From: a virus
Length of the DNA: 64,000 nt
IMG/VR virus record: IMGVR_UViG_3300028197_000982
Span: 1 to 64,000 of that record
Direction: 5' to 3' (one strand)
Position 1 is the stretch's first letter; each line of letters begins with the position of its first letter. The notes beneath the pieces were generated by a model. That model was not told the origin of the DNA, did no database searches, and was given only the letters and a program-made list of their open reading frames with translations. Of this stretch, positions 1 to 8,087 are shown piece after piece. The position numbers and the translations under genes were made by a program.

Positions 1-2
1 AT

Positions 3-263
3 GCATATGCAAATTATATTTTACCACTACATAAATATGTTGCTGGTGAAGAAGAGTTCAGTTATTTAAATAGAAACAATTGGGGTAAAGGTGGATTAAT
101 ATTAGACAATGATTTAGAACAATGGTCTGATTATTCCTTTGGAACTTCATTAGGTTTTAAAGTAAATAAAAATCTTGGAGTATTTATTGAAGGTGAATAT
201 GCAAAGATGTGGGATAGCAAACTATACCAAACTATGTTTGGATTAAATTATACTTTTAAATAA
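3..263 (+). CDS. C-terminal part of an outer-membrane beta-barrel protein (5' truncated by the window)
   Basis: Frame 3 is open to TAA at 261-263 and reads ...DYSFGTSLGFKVNKNLGVFIEGEY...YQTMFGLNYTFK*. It has amphipathic strands and a C-terminal beta-signal-like end. Not in the ORF track. Confidence 0.65.
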   Translation, partial: AYANYILPLHKYVAGEEEFSYLNRNNWGKGGLILDNDLEQWSDYSFGTSLGFKVNKNLGVFIEGEYAKMWDSKLYQTMFGLNYTFK

Positions 264-264
264 A

Positions 265-549
265 ATGGCAAAGGAACTAAACGAAGACGTAGGATTTAAG
301 GTTAGTATTAAAACTTTATTAGCAATAGGTGCGGCAATGGCAACGGTAATTAGCATGTGGTTTGTATTACAGGCTGATATAGATGATGCAAAGAAATTAC
401 CTAAACCTGTAATTGAAAGAATGGAATTTGATATGAAGGATGAATTAATCAGACAAACGATCATGGACACACAAGAAGATGTTGAGGAAATGAAAGAGCA
501 ACTGAAGAAGATTGATGAACGTCTTTATGAATTACAACAAAGAAGATAA
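265..549 (+). CDS. Single-TM membrane protein with C-terminal coiled coil
   Basis: TM segment TLLAIGAAMATVISMWFVL, followed by heptads (VEEMKEQLKKIDERLYEL). Confidence 0.7.
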   Translation: MAKELNEDVGFKVSIKTLLAIGAAMATVISMWFVLQADIDDAKKLPKPVIERMEFDMKDELIRQTIMDTQEDVEEMKEQLKKIDERLYELQQRR

Positions 550-550
550 T

Positions 551-988
551 ATGAAAAAGCTTTTAGTAATAATATTTTTATTAATAAACATATTTGCATT
601 TGCGCAGAATCAAAGACACTTTTTAAATTGGGTATCTGATAAAACTTTTGATGAAAAAGTTACAGGGTATGGTGCTTATGAAGATCATGATGATCATGAT
701 GTAATAGTTGTAGAATTTTACGCAGAGTTTAATAAAGATAATGCATTTAAAGATTGGGCAAAAATTGATAAATTAGATGGTGTTAAATATTACAGATGCA
801 ATATTTCTAATTCACCTCAATTAAAAAAGGATCTTAAAATTAGAATGGCGCCTACTATCTTACTTTATATTAGGGGAGATGCATATATTAAATTTACAGC
901 TAAGGCTGGTTTGGATCTTAAATGTCCAGTTGATTATGATAAGTTAGTTAGAGCAATAGAAGTAGTAAGAATAGAATCTCAATATTAA
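551..988 (+). CDS. Exported thioredoxin-fold protein lacking CxxC
   Basis: Signal peptide MKKLLVIIFLLINIFAFA-Q favours start 551 over 512. VIVVEFYAEFNKDN aligns with Trx VVDFYAxWCxxC, and IRMAPTILLY matches the cis-Pro motif. Confidence 0.6.
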   Translation: MKKLLVIIFLLINIFAFAQNQRHFLNWVSDKTFDEKVTGYGAYEDHDDHDVIVVEFYAEFNKDNAFKDWAKIDKLDGVKYYRCNISNSPQLKKDLKIRMAPTILLYIRGDAYIKFTAKAGLDLKCPVDYDKLVRAIEVVRIESQY

Positions 989-991
989 TTC

Positions 992-1020
992 TGAAACAAA
1001 TTTATTAAATGCAATATAAT
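992..1020 (+). promoter_or_regulatory. Class M promoter-like motif TGAAAC-N17-TATAAT
   Basis: TGAAAC at 992-997 and TATAAT at 1015-1020. The same geometry recurs upstream of several operons. Confidence 0.6.
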
Positions 1021-1049
1021 TAAATATTAATAAAAGAAACTAAAGAAAA

Positions 1050-1156
1050 CTGTGGGCATGTCTGCTCACGGCTAATACCTGAAATTTATGAAAATTAAAG
1101 TACTAGATTCATTCTCATAAAATTCAAGTGTTTAACACCGGCTTCAAAACCCGGTT
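1050..1156 (+). promoter_or_regulatory. Structured 5' leader with three hairpins upstream of the OMP gene
   Basis: Inverted repeats at 1050-1058/1063-1071, 1081-1095/1111-1125 and 1137-1141/1151-1155. Confidence 0.45.
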
Positions 1157-1188
1157 CAAAATAATTTTAACTAAAAACAATTAATTAA

Positions 1189-1617
1189 ATGAAAAATTTT
1201 ATTTTAACTTTCGCCCTAACAATCCTAGTAGGTTTTGGGGCAAACGCACAAAATGCAAAAGGTGATTGGTACGTAGGTACTGGTGACGTTGCAAATGTGG
1301 CATGGACTGACTGGGCAATTTCACCAACTTTAGGTTATGGAGTATCTGATAAACTAATGATTGGTTTAGGGGTTGCACAAGCTGATTCATCCGAAGACCT
1401 TGCTGTTGATATACATGCAAGATACTTTGTTACTGCCGGAGAGCAGGACTTTTTCCTATATGCAGGAGTAAGTGAATTTGAAACTGATAACCTTGAATTA
1501 GGAATCGGTAAAATGTTCACATTCCATAAAGATGCATTGTTCGTTGATCCAAAATTGGTTTACCATACTGGAACAAAAACAACTAATCTTACATTAGGAT
1601 TTGGATTAAGATTCTAA
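1189..1617 (+). CDS. Small outer-membrane beta-barrel protein, Bacteroidota OMP_b-brl type
   Basis: Signal peptide MKNFILTFALTILVGFGANA-Q, KGDWYVG strand, about 8 amphipathic strands, C-terminal LGFGLRF beta-signal. Confidence 0.85.
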   Translation: MKNFILTFALTILVGFGANAQNAKGDWYVGTGDVANVAWTDWAISPTLGYGVSDKLMIGLGVAQADSSEDLAVDIHARYFVTAGEQDFFLYAGVSEFETDNLELGIGKMFTFHKDALFVDPKLVYHTGTKTTNLTLGFGLRF

Positions 1618-1637
1618 ACTAATTTACATAACTCAAT

Positions 1638-1669
1638 AAAACCCAGGATTCTAGGACCCTGGGTTTTTT
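1638..1669 (+). terminator. Rho-independent terminator
   Basis: AAAACCCAGG-loop-CCTGGGTTTTTT directly after the OMP stop codon. Confidence 0.85.
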
Positions 1670-1674
1670 GTGCT

Positions 1675-1702
1675 TAAACAATTAAACATTTAAGTATATA
1701 AT
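1675..1702 (+). promoter_or_regulatory. Class M promoter-like motif TAAAC-N17-TATAAT
   Basis: Lies just after the terminator and before ORF 1744; exact 17-nt spacer. Confidence 0.6.
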
Positions 1703-1743
1703 AATAAATAGAGAATGAACTTTATTTGTAAAAACAAAAACAC

Positions 1744-2088
1744 ATGGAAATATTTTATTATACTTTAGGTATACTATCGGTCCTTATTGTTATAGGAGTG
1801 TTTGGTATGGTTAAGGTTTGGACAAAACTTTCAAACTTTGAATTTAATTTTGATGATTTAGAAGATTACGTTTCGGATACTGCTGATGATTTATCTGATG
1901 AATGGGAAAAACTTAATGATAAATTCAATGATAGAATTGATCAAGTAGAAAGAGACCTAGGTCATGAATCTGAAGAGCTAGGCAAGCTAATTGATTCAAG
2001 AGCTGATAAGGTTGAAAATAAGCTAGGTTTAAAAATACAAAAACTAGAAGGTGCTCTTGGGAGAATTATCGCAGAGAAAAATTTATAA
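1744..2088 (+). CDS. Membrane-anchored acidic coiled-coil protein
   Basis: N-terminal TM (YYTLGILSVLIVIGVFGMV) followed by helical acidic repeats. Confidence 0.7.
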   Translation: MEIFYYTLGILSVLIVIGVFGMVKVWTKLSNFEFNFDDLEDYVSDTADDLSDEWEKLNDKFNDRIDQVERDLGHESEELGKLIDSRADKVENKLGLKIQKLEGALGRIIAEKNL

Positions 2089-2105
2089 GTACAAATATAT
2101 ACTGT

Positions 2106-2309
2106 ATGATTATAATTAAAAAGAATGAAAAGGATTCTATTGATAGAATGCTTAAGCGCTATAAACAAAAGCTAAAAAAGACCAAGCAAGTTAGGGCAAT
2201 TAGAGATAGAAAACAATATACTAAACCATCTGAGATTAAAAGATTAAAGATGCAAAAAGCTATCTATATACAAAAGCTTAGAGACGAAGAGCAAAAAAAT
2301 TCATTCTAA
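2106..2309 (+). CDS. rpsU: Ribosomal protein bS21
   Basis: SIDRMLKRYKQK...YTKPSEIKR...KAIYIQ matches the bS21 pattern with a Flavobacteriia-type C-terminus (Tyr54). Confidence 0.93.
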   Translation: MIIIKKNEKDSIDRMLKRYKQKLKKTKQVRAIRDRKQYTKPSEIKRLKMQKAIYIQKLRDEEQKNSF

Positions 2310-2358
2310 TCTTTCAGTTATTAAATACTTTTGTTATATTTAAATAAATCAATTAAAT

Positions 2359-2856
2359 ATGGAAGATATACAATTTGACATGGATGGTACAAAGAATACT
2401 ATTATTTTTGACCTTGACGGTACTATCGCTAACATAGATGAAAGGCGATCTATTTCCACTAAGGAAGATGGTAAAATGAATTGGGATAAATTCTTTGATC
2501 CTAATAACATTAATTTAGATAAACCAAATTTACCGGTTATCTCAATGATGAAACTTTTAAAATCGGTAGGTCATTTTATTGTAATTTTATCAGGGAGAAG
2601 TAAAGCAACAAAGGATGCTACTCGAAAATGGTTAAATGATAATGAAGCACCTTATGATGTTTTAAAAATGAGACCAACTGGCCACCCATGGGCATTTATG
2701 CCAGACGACAAATTAAAACAGCATTGGTTAGATACTTTGTTTGAAGGTGATAAGAAAGATGATATTCTTTGTGTCTTTGATGATAGGGATAAAGTCGTAA
2801 AGATGTGGAGAGAGAATGGTCTTGATTGCTTCCAGGTTGCTGAAGGTAACTTTTAA
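2359..2856 (+). CDS. HAD polynucleotide 3'-phosphatase (PseT/PNKP phosphatase domain)
   Basis: Motifs IFDLDGT, LSGR, MRP, VFDDRDKVVKMWRENGLDCFQVAEGNF. Confidence 0.88.
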   Translation: MEDIQFDMDGTKNTIIFDLDGTIANIDERRSISTKEDGKMNWDKFFDPNNINLDKPNLPVISMMKLLKSVGHFIVILSGRSKATKDATRKWLNDNEAPYDVLKMRPTGHPWAFMPDDKLKQHWLDTLFEGDKKDDILCVFDDRDKVVKMWRENGLDCFQVAEGNF

Positions 2857-2866
2857 AAATAACTTT

Positions 2867-3040
2867 ATGACAAATAAATTATACAGAGGAGGTGGCTACA
2901 TTGGTGGTGTATGCCAAGGTTTAGGTAAGTGGTCAGGATTACCTTCAATCTTATGGAGATTAATCTTTTTGTTTACACCTATACCATCTGCCTTTCTCAT
3001 TTATGTAATCTTGTGGATATTTTTATCTAAAGAATTATGA
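2867..3040 (+). CDS. PspC-domain membrane protein
   Basis: KLYR...IGGVCQGLG...WRLIF...YVILWIFL is the PspC signature; start at 2867 preferred over 2816. Confidence 0.85.
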   Translation: MTNKLYRGGGYIGGVCQGLGKWSGLPSILWRLIFLFTPIPSAFLIYVILWIFLSKEL

Positions 3041-3129
3041 AAAGATTTTTAACTAAATTAGAATCTATAGATATTTTTCTAATTATAGCATTAGGGTATT
3101 TTACTTTAATGCTATTTTGTTTAACTTAA
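3037..3129 (+). CDS. 30-aa single-TM peptide
   Basis: MKRFLTKLESIDIFLIIALGYFTLMLFCLT*. Overlaps the PspC stop (ATGA) and fills the gap before ORF 3140. Confidence 0.55.
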   Translation: MKRFLTKLESIDIFLIIALGYFTLMLFCLT

Positions 3130-3139
3130 ACTACACGAA

Positions 3140-3655
3140 ATGAAAAATGCTTTATTAATATCCACACTTTTAGTAACTATGACAGGATCTCAGGAGATTG
3201 CGCAAAATCATGTACAAGATGTTTTGACTGAAGAAGTTGAAATGTTTAATGAAATTATAGATGAAGAAGTTAACCTCATTAATGCAAAGATTGATAACCG
3301 AGAAGAATTAATAGAAGCTATGGCTTTTGTAGAAAGTGGTGGTAATCCTGCAACAATTGGTGATATTAATTTAGGAACTCCTTCAGTAGGACTTTTACAA
3401 ATCAGACCTATTATGGTTAGAGAAGTAAATAGGATACTGAGAAAACAAGGATTAGATAAAAGATTTAAAAATAGTGATAGAAAGAGTGGTGATAAATCAA
3501 TTGAGATGTTTAATATCTGGGCTGATGCTTATCACTTAAATAGTTCCTTTGAAAAAATGGCTAGGAATTGGAATGGCGGACCTAAAGGCTATAAGAAATC
3601 TGCAACCGCTCACTATTGGACCAAAGTTCAAAATTATGTAACATTAAATTTATAA
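3140..3655 (+). CDS. Exported lysozyme-superfamily muralytic enzyme (lytic transglycosylase / i-type lysozyme-like)
   Basis: Hydrophobic N-terminus; catalytic ES in AFVESGGN; GLLQI; ARNWNGGPKG. Confidence 0.8.
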   Translation: MKNALLISTLLVTMTGSQEIAQNHVQDVLTEEVEMFNEIIDEEVNLINAKIDNREELIEAMAFVESGGNPATIGDINLGTPSVGLLQIRPIMVREVNRILRKQGLDKRFKNSDRKSGDKSIEMFNIWADAYHLNSSFEKMARNWNGGPKGYKKSATAHYWTKVQNYVTLNL

Positions 3656-3693
3656 GACTAAAAAACCACTCATATAGTGGTCTTTTTTAGTTT
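3655..3693. terminator. Bidirectional terminator between convergent genes
   Basis: AGACTAAAAAACCACT-CATAT-AGTGGTCTTTTTTAGTTT, with A and T tracts on both sides. Confidence 0.75.
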
Positions 3694-3708
3694 GTATGTA
3701 AATAGAAA

Positions 3709-3951
3709 TTATCTTTCCATTCCTAAACCGTCGGTAGTTTTTCTACCTTCAGTTACATTTGATGTTTTCCAATGTTCACTCTGTCTAGGTTTTCCAGCAG
3801 GGTGGACTCCATTAAAGTCTTGGTATGCTGGGGTACCTGTTGCATTCGTATCTTGCCCAGCCATTTCATCCCAGTAATTTTTAAAGTCTTTTACGGTTCC
3901 TTTGTAATGTCTAATCTTACTTAGGTCTTCTCTTTCTTGGTTATTTTCCAT
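3709..3951 (-). CDS. Hypothetical protein
   Basis: Last gene of a coupled 3-gene minus-strand operon; internal VKDFKNYWDE motif. Confidence 0.65.
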   Translation of the reverse strand: MENNQEREDLSKIRHYKGTVKDFKNYWDEMAGQDTNATGTPAYQDFNGVHPAGKPRQSEHWKTSNVTEGRKTTDGLGMER

Positions 3952-4186
3952 TCTTTTGTTTTAATTTATGTATAGCCGTTTGTACCTTTAATCCTTCAAG
4001 GTCAATTTTATCCATTTGTACTTTTAGTTGATATAATTCAATTGCATAATTATCTCCTCTTTCTTGAGCAGCTCTATATCTTTGAATATTTTCTTTTTCT
4101 CTATCCTTTAATCTTTTTGCAGCTTCATTAGGATTAAACTCATAATCAGATGCTTCATTTAAATAGTTATTAAATTTAGGTATCAT
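3941..4186 (-). CDS. Putative head-internal protein
   Basis: N-terminus MIPKFNNYLNE resembles a capsid-targeting sequence; helical body. Confidence 0.65.
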   Translation of the reverse strand: MIPKFNNYLNEASDYEFNPNEAAKRLKDREKENIQRYRAAQERGDNYAIELYQLKVQMDKIDLEGLKVQTAIHKLKQKNGK

Positions 4187-4689
4187 TATACTTTATAGTT
4201 TTTAAGAAGATCTTTTAATTCTACAATATCAGCAGGATTTAATTGTACATAATTTCTTCCGATGTTTATTTGCATACATTTTCTACCTAAACCAAATGAC
4301 TCAACATCTTTAGGTCCAACAAATGTAGTTATCTGTGCATTATCAGAACCTTTAATACCGGCTTGGTTCCATGAACTAATATCAGTTCCTTCATTAAGAG
4401 TAGATTCACCCATTGCTGAATAGTTTTCGCATGCTTCATCTATCTTATCATTAATATGTTTCTTTGCTTCTTTAATATATGCCTTTGCAGTATGATCAGC
4501 ATTATCATTTGACTCATAGCTATTGGCTTGTTCTGCTACATGGTTTGAGCATTGTTCAACGGGGCCAACAATTGCATCCATACTATATCCTGTTTCTGGT
4601 CTGCTACTTCCACCCATAGAAAACTGAGTAGCATTATCGGCAGCAAAACCAACAGGTATAAAATCTTCGAATAAAGGTACCTTTTTCAT
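4186..4689 (-). CDS. Putative head-internal protein
   Basis: N-terminus MKKVPLFEDF, internal TLNE, preceded by GAATATATA on the minus strand. Confidence 0.65.
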   Translation of the reverse strand: MKKVPLFEDFIPVGFAADNATQFSMGGSSRPETGYSMDAIVGPVEQCSNHVAEQANSYESNDNADHTAKAYIKEAKKHINDKIDEACENYSAMGESTLNEGTDISSWNQAGIKGSDNAQITTFVGPKDVESFGLGRKCMQINIGRNYVQLNPADIVELKDLLKNYKV

Positions 4690-4706
4690 AATATTGTTAT
4701 TTTAGT

Positions 4707-4715
4707 TATATATTC
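4707..4715 (-). promoter_or_regulatory. Late promoter-like motif GAATATATA
   Basis: TATATATTC on the + strand, 17 nt upstream of the minus-strand start at 4689. Confidence 0.65.
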
Positions 4716-4718
4716 ATA

Positions 4719-4745
4719 AAACTAAGTCTTATTTTTGTATATAAA
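4719..4745 (+). promoter_or_regulatory. Class M promoter-like motif AAAC-N17-TATAAA
   Basis: Divergent from the late motif and upstream of ORF 4760. Confidence 0.55.
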
Positions 4746-4759
4746 AATAAACAACTATT

Positions 4760-4975
4760 ATGAAAGATTTTTACAGAACATCCGCAGGAAGAAGATTCTT
4801 TGAAAGTGATGTTCCCTCGTTAATTGAAGTTCTAGGAAAAATATCTACCCAATTGGAAAGATCAAATGATATTGCAGAAAAGAAAAGAAGAGTAGATGAA
4901 AAATTAAAGAAGATTCAAATTAAAGAATCTAATAAAGCGCCTATCGGTAAGCCTAATAATTTACTAGGACTGTAA
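4760..4975 (+). CDS. Hypothetical protein
   Basis: First gene of a coupled operon; FYRTSAGRRFFESDVPSL. Confidence 0.7.
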   Translation: MKDFYRTSAGRRFFESDVPSLIEVLGKISTQLERSNDIAEKKRRVDEKLKKIQIKESNKAPIGKPNNLLGL

Positions 4976-5241
4976 TGCCTGATAAAGATATTACATATAA
5001 ACAATTTATTGCTCACATGGATAAAGGTAATAGAGTTTATATGAAAAAACCTAGATCATGGCAAAAGGTTTGGTTTTGGTGGGAAAGTAAAAAAGAAAAA
5101 TGGTTTTTAAATAAAGCCTTTGATAAAAGAGAAGACGGAAGAGTAGAACCAGAACCTTCAGTATGGATAACTGCGAAACAGATGGAAGGCCACATGGATC
5201 ACATGGTTAGACAAGGTTATAAATATTATATAGATGAGTAA
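4975..5241 (+). CDS. Hypothetical Trp-rich protein
   Basis: Translationally coupled (TAATG overlap). Confidence 0.7.
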   Translation: MPDKDITYKQFIAHMDKGNRVYMKKPRSWQKVWFWWESKKEKWFLNKAFDKREDGRVEPEPSVWITAKQMEGHMDHMVRQGYKYYIDE

Positions 5242-5578
5242 ATTATTATTAGCATTTGCATTGTTCTTTTTAGGGCAATCTGCAATATGGTTTCAAACGA
5301 ATGGACAGTTTGTATGGCCTTGGTTTAAAAAGAATCCTTTTTTAATTTCAATTATATTTGGTACATCAATAAGTTATGTGTTGATTTATGGTACTAGGTT
5401 TATAGTTGAATACTATGATGGTCTTTTGTGGCCAGGTAGATTTATCGCGTTTGGATCAGGTATAATATCATTTACATTTTTAACTTGGTATTTTCTAGGA
5501 GAAGGTATTACAACAAAAACAATAGTATCGCTGTGCTTGGCCTGTAGCTTAATAGGCATTCAGCTTTTTTGGAAATGA
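5234..5578 (+). CDS. Four-TM membrane protein, DMT/SMR-like
   Basis: Four hydrophobic helices; the end FLGEGITTKTIVSLCL resembles the DMT 'lgE.it...ig' motif. Confidence 0.6.
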   Translation: MSKLLLAFALFFLGQSAIWFQTNGQFVWPWFKKNPFLISIIFGTSISYVLIYGTRFIVEYYDGLLWPGRFIAFGSGIISFTFLTWYFLGEGITTKTIVSLCLACSLIGIQLFWK

Positions 5579-6381
5579 AAGACCCTTATAAAATATTAGG
5601 TGTAGATAGAAATGCTACAGATGATGAGATTAAAAAATCATATAGAAAATTAGCAAAAGAATACCACCCTGATAAATCCACAGGTAATGAAGAAAGATTT
5701 AAAGAGGTTGCAGATGCATATGATATATTAACAGATCCAAAAAAGAAATCAAAGTTTGAAGGTAATCCTTTTGGTACATTTAATGATGCTTTCTTTGAAG
5801 ACTTTATAAAAACTGCAGGTGGTCATGGGTTTGGGGGATTTGCTGGTCGTAGTGGGTTTAATACAAAAGGGCAAAATATAACTGCACAAGTATATGTTAC
5901 ATTAGAGGATGCTTATTATGGGTGCGTTAAACAGATAAGGTTAGGTACAAAAACCGTTAGTGTTGATATTAAGCCTGGTGTTAAACCTGGGCAAAGAATG
6001 AGATTAAAAGGATTAGGTCAAAGAGGTATGACTGAAGAATTAAATGGTGATCTTATTTTAACAATTCTTGTTCAAGATGATACTAATTTTTATTTAGATA
6101 AAAAAGGATTACATACAATTAAGCATATTAATATGTATGATGCACTATTAGGAGGTAAAGGTGAAGTTAAATTATTTGATAAAACAATAACCTATACTAT
6201 ACCTAAGTGTGTTAAGAATGGAACAATGCTCAGGATAAAAAACAAAGGATTTCCTTCTTATAATAATCCTGATATGTTAGGTGATTTTTATGTAAACATA
6301 TTAGTTGACTTACCTTCTGAATTAAACTCGGAACAGGAAAGTCTTATAAAACAAATGAAAGATTTAGAAAATGGACATTAA
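5575..6381 (+). CDS. dnaJ: Class B J-domain co-chaperone (DnaJ/CbpA-like)
   Basis: KDPYKILGV, HPD motif, G/F-rich linker and DnaJ_C domain; no zinc finger. Confidence 0.93.
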   Translation: MKDPYKILGVDRNATDDEIKKSYRKLAKEYHPDKSTGNEERFKEVADAYDILTDPKKKSKFEGNPFGTFNDAFFEDFIKTAGGHGFGGFAGRSGFNTKGQNITAQVYVTLEDAYYGCVKQIRLGTKTVSVDIKPGVKPGQRMRLKGLGQRGMTEELNGDLILTILVQDDTNFYLDKKGLHTIKHINMYDALLGGKGEVKLFDKTITYTIPKCVKNGTMLRIKNKGFPSYNNPDMLGDFYVNILVDLPSELNSEQESLIKQMKDLENGH

Positions 6382-6622
6382 CGATGAAGAATTTATGAAG
6401 TCATTATTAGATCAATTAGAAAATACTAGTTGGGACCAATATATGAACTTATGTTATAATACTATTATGATGTTTCCTGATCAAGTATTTCAGTATGATG
6501 AAAAAACAGCAAAACATAAAGTTAAGAGTTTAAGTAGAATATTAAAACATTTTGAAAATAAAGAAGATTTTGAGAAATGCGCTAAGCTCAAAAAGATCCA
6601 GGATCAATTAAAAAATTGTTAA
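6371..6622 (+). CDS. Small protein with UVR (UvrB/C) motif
   Basis: C-terminal HFENKEDFEKCAKLKK. Confidence 0.65.
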   Translation: MDINDEEFMKSLLDQLENTSWDQYMNLCYNTIMMFPDQVFQYDEKTAKHKVKSLSRILKHFENKEDFEKCAKLKKIQDQLKNC

Positions 6623-6705
6623 TAACTTTTAGAAAAAAGTCTCCTAAAAATTTTCAATTCCCAATTTTTTTTATTATATTTATAATATAATTAAATAAAC
6701 GGAAT

Positions 6706-8028
6706 ATGACTGAATACACAAACCTTACTTATCTACAATCCTTCTTGGATGAAATGCGATCTTCCTCTTCAGGAAATCATAAAATTGCAACTCTTAAAAA
6801 GTATGCTGATAACTCTGATGAAAATTCTGATAGAGAATTCTTACAGAAAGTTTTCTTCTATACTTACAATCCTTATTTCAAATACAATGTAACTCCTAGG
6901 AATTGCAAAAAGAATTCAGATTTACTAGGTCACCCAAATACATACGGTAGTATTTTTACTTTATTGGATGATTTAAGAAATAGGATATGTACCGGTCATA
7001 CTGCAATTGCAAATGTAAACAGATTCGTCTTAGAGAATAAACAATGGGAAGATATTATTTACTATATGCTAAACCGAGACCTTAATATGGGATGTGGTAC
7101 TACCTCTATTAATAAGGCAATCCACTCAGATTTAATTCCAACCTTTAAGGTCGCTTTAGCAAATGCATATAATCCTAAGAGAGTAGATTTTCAAAGTGGA
7201 GAATGGTACGGATCCAGAAAATTGGATGGTGTAAGATGTATCTGTAGAAAGGAAATGAATACTGTAACATTCTTCTCAAGGAACGGTAAAGAATTTACTA
7301 CTTTAGGTAATTTGGAAAATGAAATTTCTAAGATAGGTGGAGACTTTATTTTAGATGGAGAAATCTGTATGGTGGACAAAGATGGTAATGAAGACTTCCA
7401 AGGAATTATGAAACAAATCAGAAAGAAGGATCATCAAATTGAAAATCCTAAATTCTTTGTATTTGATTATTTAACTTTAGAAGAATTTGATAATAAGACT
7501 GGAATTACGCCACTTACCGAAAGACTTAAGAATGGTTATGATCATCTTCCAGAAAATATTAACTCTTCTATGTTAGAATTCTTACCACAAGAACAATTAA
7601 CTACCGAGGAACAATTTACTGAAATGGCAAAAGAAGCTGAAGAGGCTGGGTTTGAAGGAATCATGGTTAGAAAGAATATCGGCTATGAAGGTAAAAGAAG
7701 TCATAATCTTTTAAAGGTTAAAAAATTCCATGATGCTGAATACACGGTATTAGAATGTGTTAACGGTACAATGAGATGGACAGAAAATGGTAAGCAGATT
7801 GAAAAGGAAGGTCTAAGTAATATCATAATTGAACATAAAGGCAATAAGGTAAGTGTAGGATCTGGATTCTCTAAAGAACAAAGAGAACACTACCTCAACA
7901 ATCATAATGAATTAATTGGTAAAACTATAACCGTTCAATACTTTGAAGAAAGCCAAAATCAGAATGGTGGTTATTCATTAAGATTTCCTGTTGTGAAACA
8001 CATATATCAGAATGGGAGGGATTGTTAA
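6706..8028 (+). CDS. ATP-dependent DNA ligase (T4 gp30-like)
   Basis: Motif I SRKLDGVR, ILDGEI, FVFDYL, FEGIMVR, LLKVK; OB domain VGSGFS and SLRFP. Confidence 0.95.
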   Translation: MTEYTNLTYLQSFLDEMRSSSSGNHKIATLKKYADNSDENSDREFLQKVFFYTYNPYFKYNVTPRNCKKNSDLLGHPNTYGSIFTLLDDLRNRICTGHTAIANVNRFVLENKQWEDIIYYMLNRDLNMGCGTTSINKAIHSDLIPTFKVALANAYNPKRVDFQSGEWYGSRKLDGVRCICRKEMNTVTFFSRNGKEFTTLGNLENEISKIGGDFILDGEICMVDKDGNEDFQGIMKQIRKKDHQIENPKFFVFDYLTLEEFDNKTGITPLTERLKNGYDHLPENINSSMLEFLPQEQLTTEEQFTEMAKEAEEAGFEGIMVRKNIGYEGKRSHNLLKVKKFHDAEYTVLECVNGTMRWTENGKQIEKEGLSNIIIEHKGNKVSVGSGFSKEQREHYLNNHNELIGKTITVQYFEESQNQNGGYSLRFPVVKHIYQNGRDC

Positions 8029-8087
8029 TGTATCCATTCTATATCTCACCTGTAGTAAGAGATCTTAAATTAAACAATATATATTGT

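Noticed and set aside
512-550. ORF-track start sites at 512, 2816, 5569 and 8022
   Set aside because: Downstream ATGs at 551, 2867, 5575 and 8088 fit signal peptides, domain boundaries, gene overlaps or promoter positions better.
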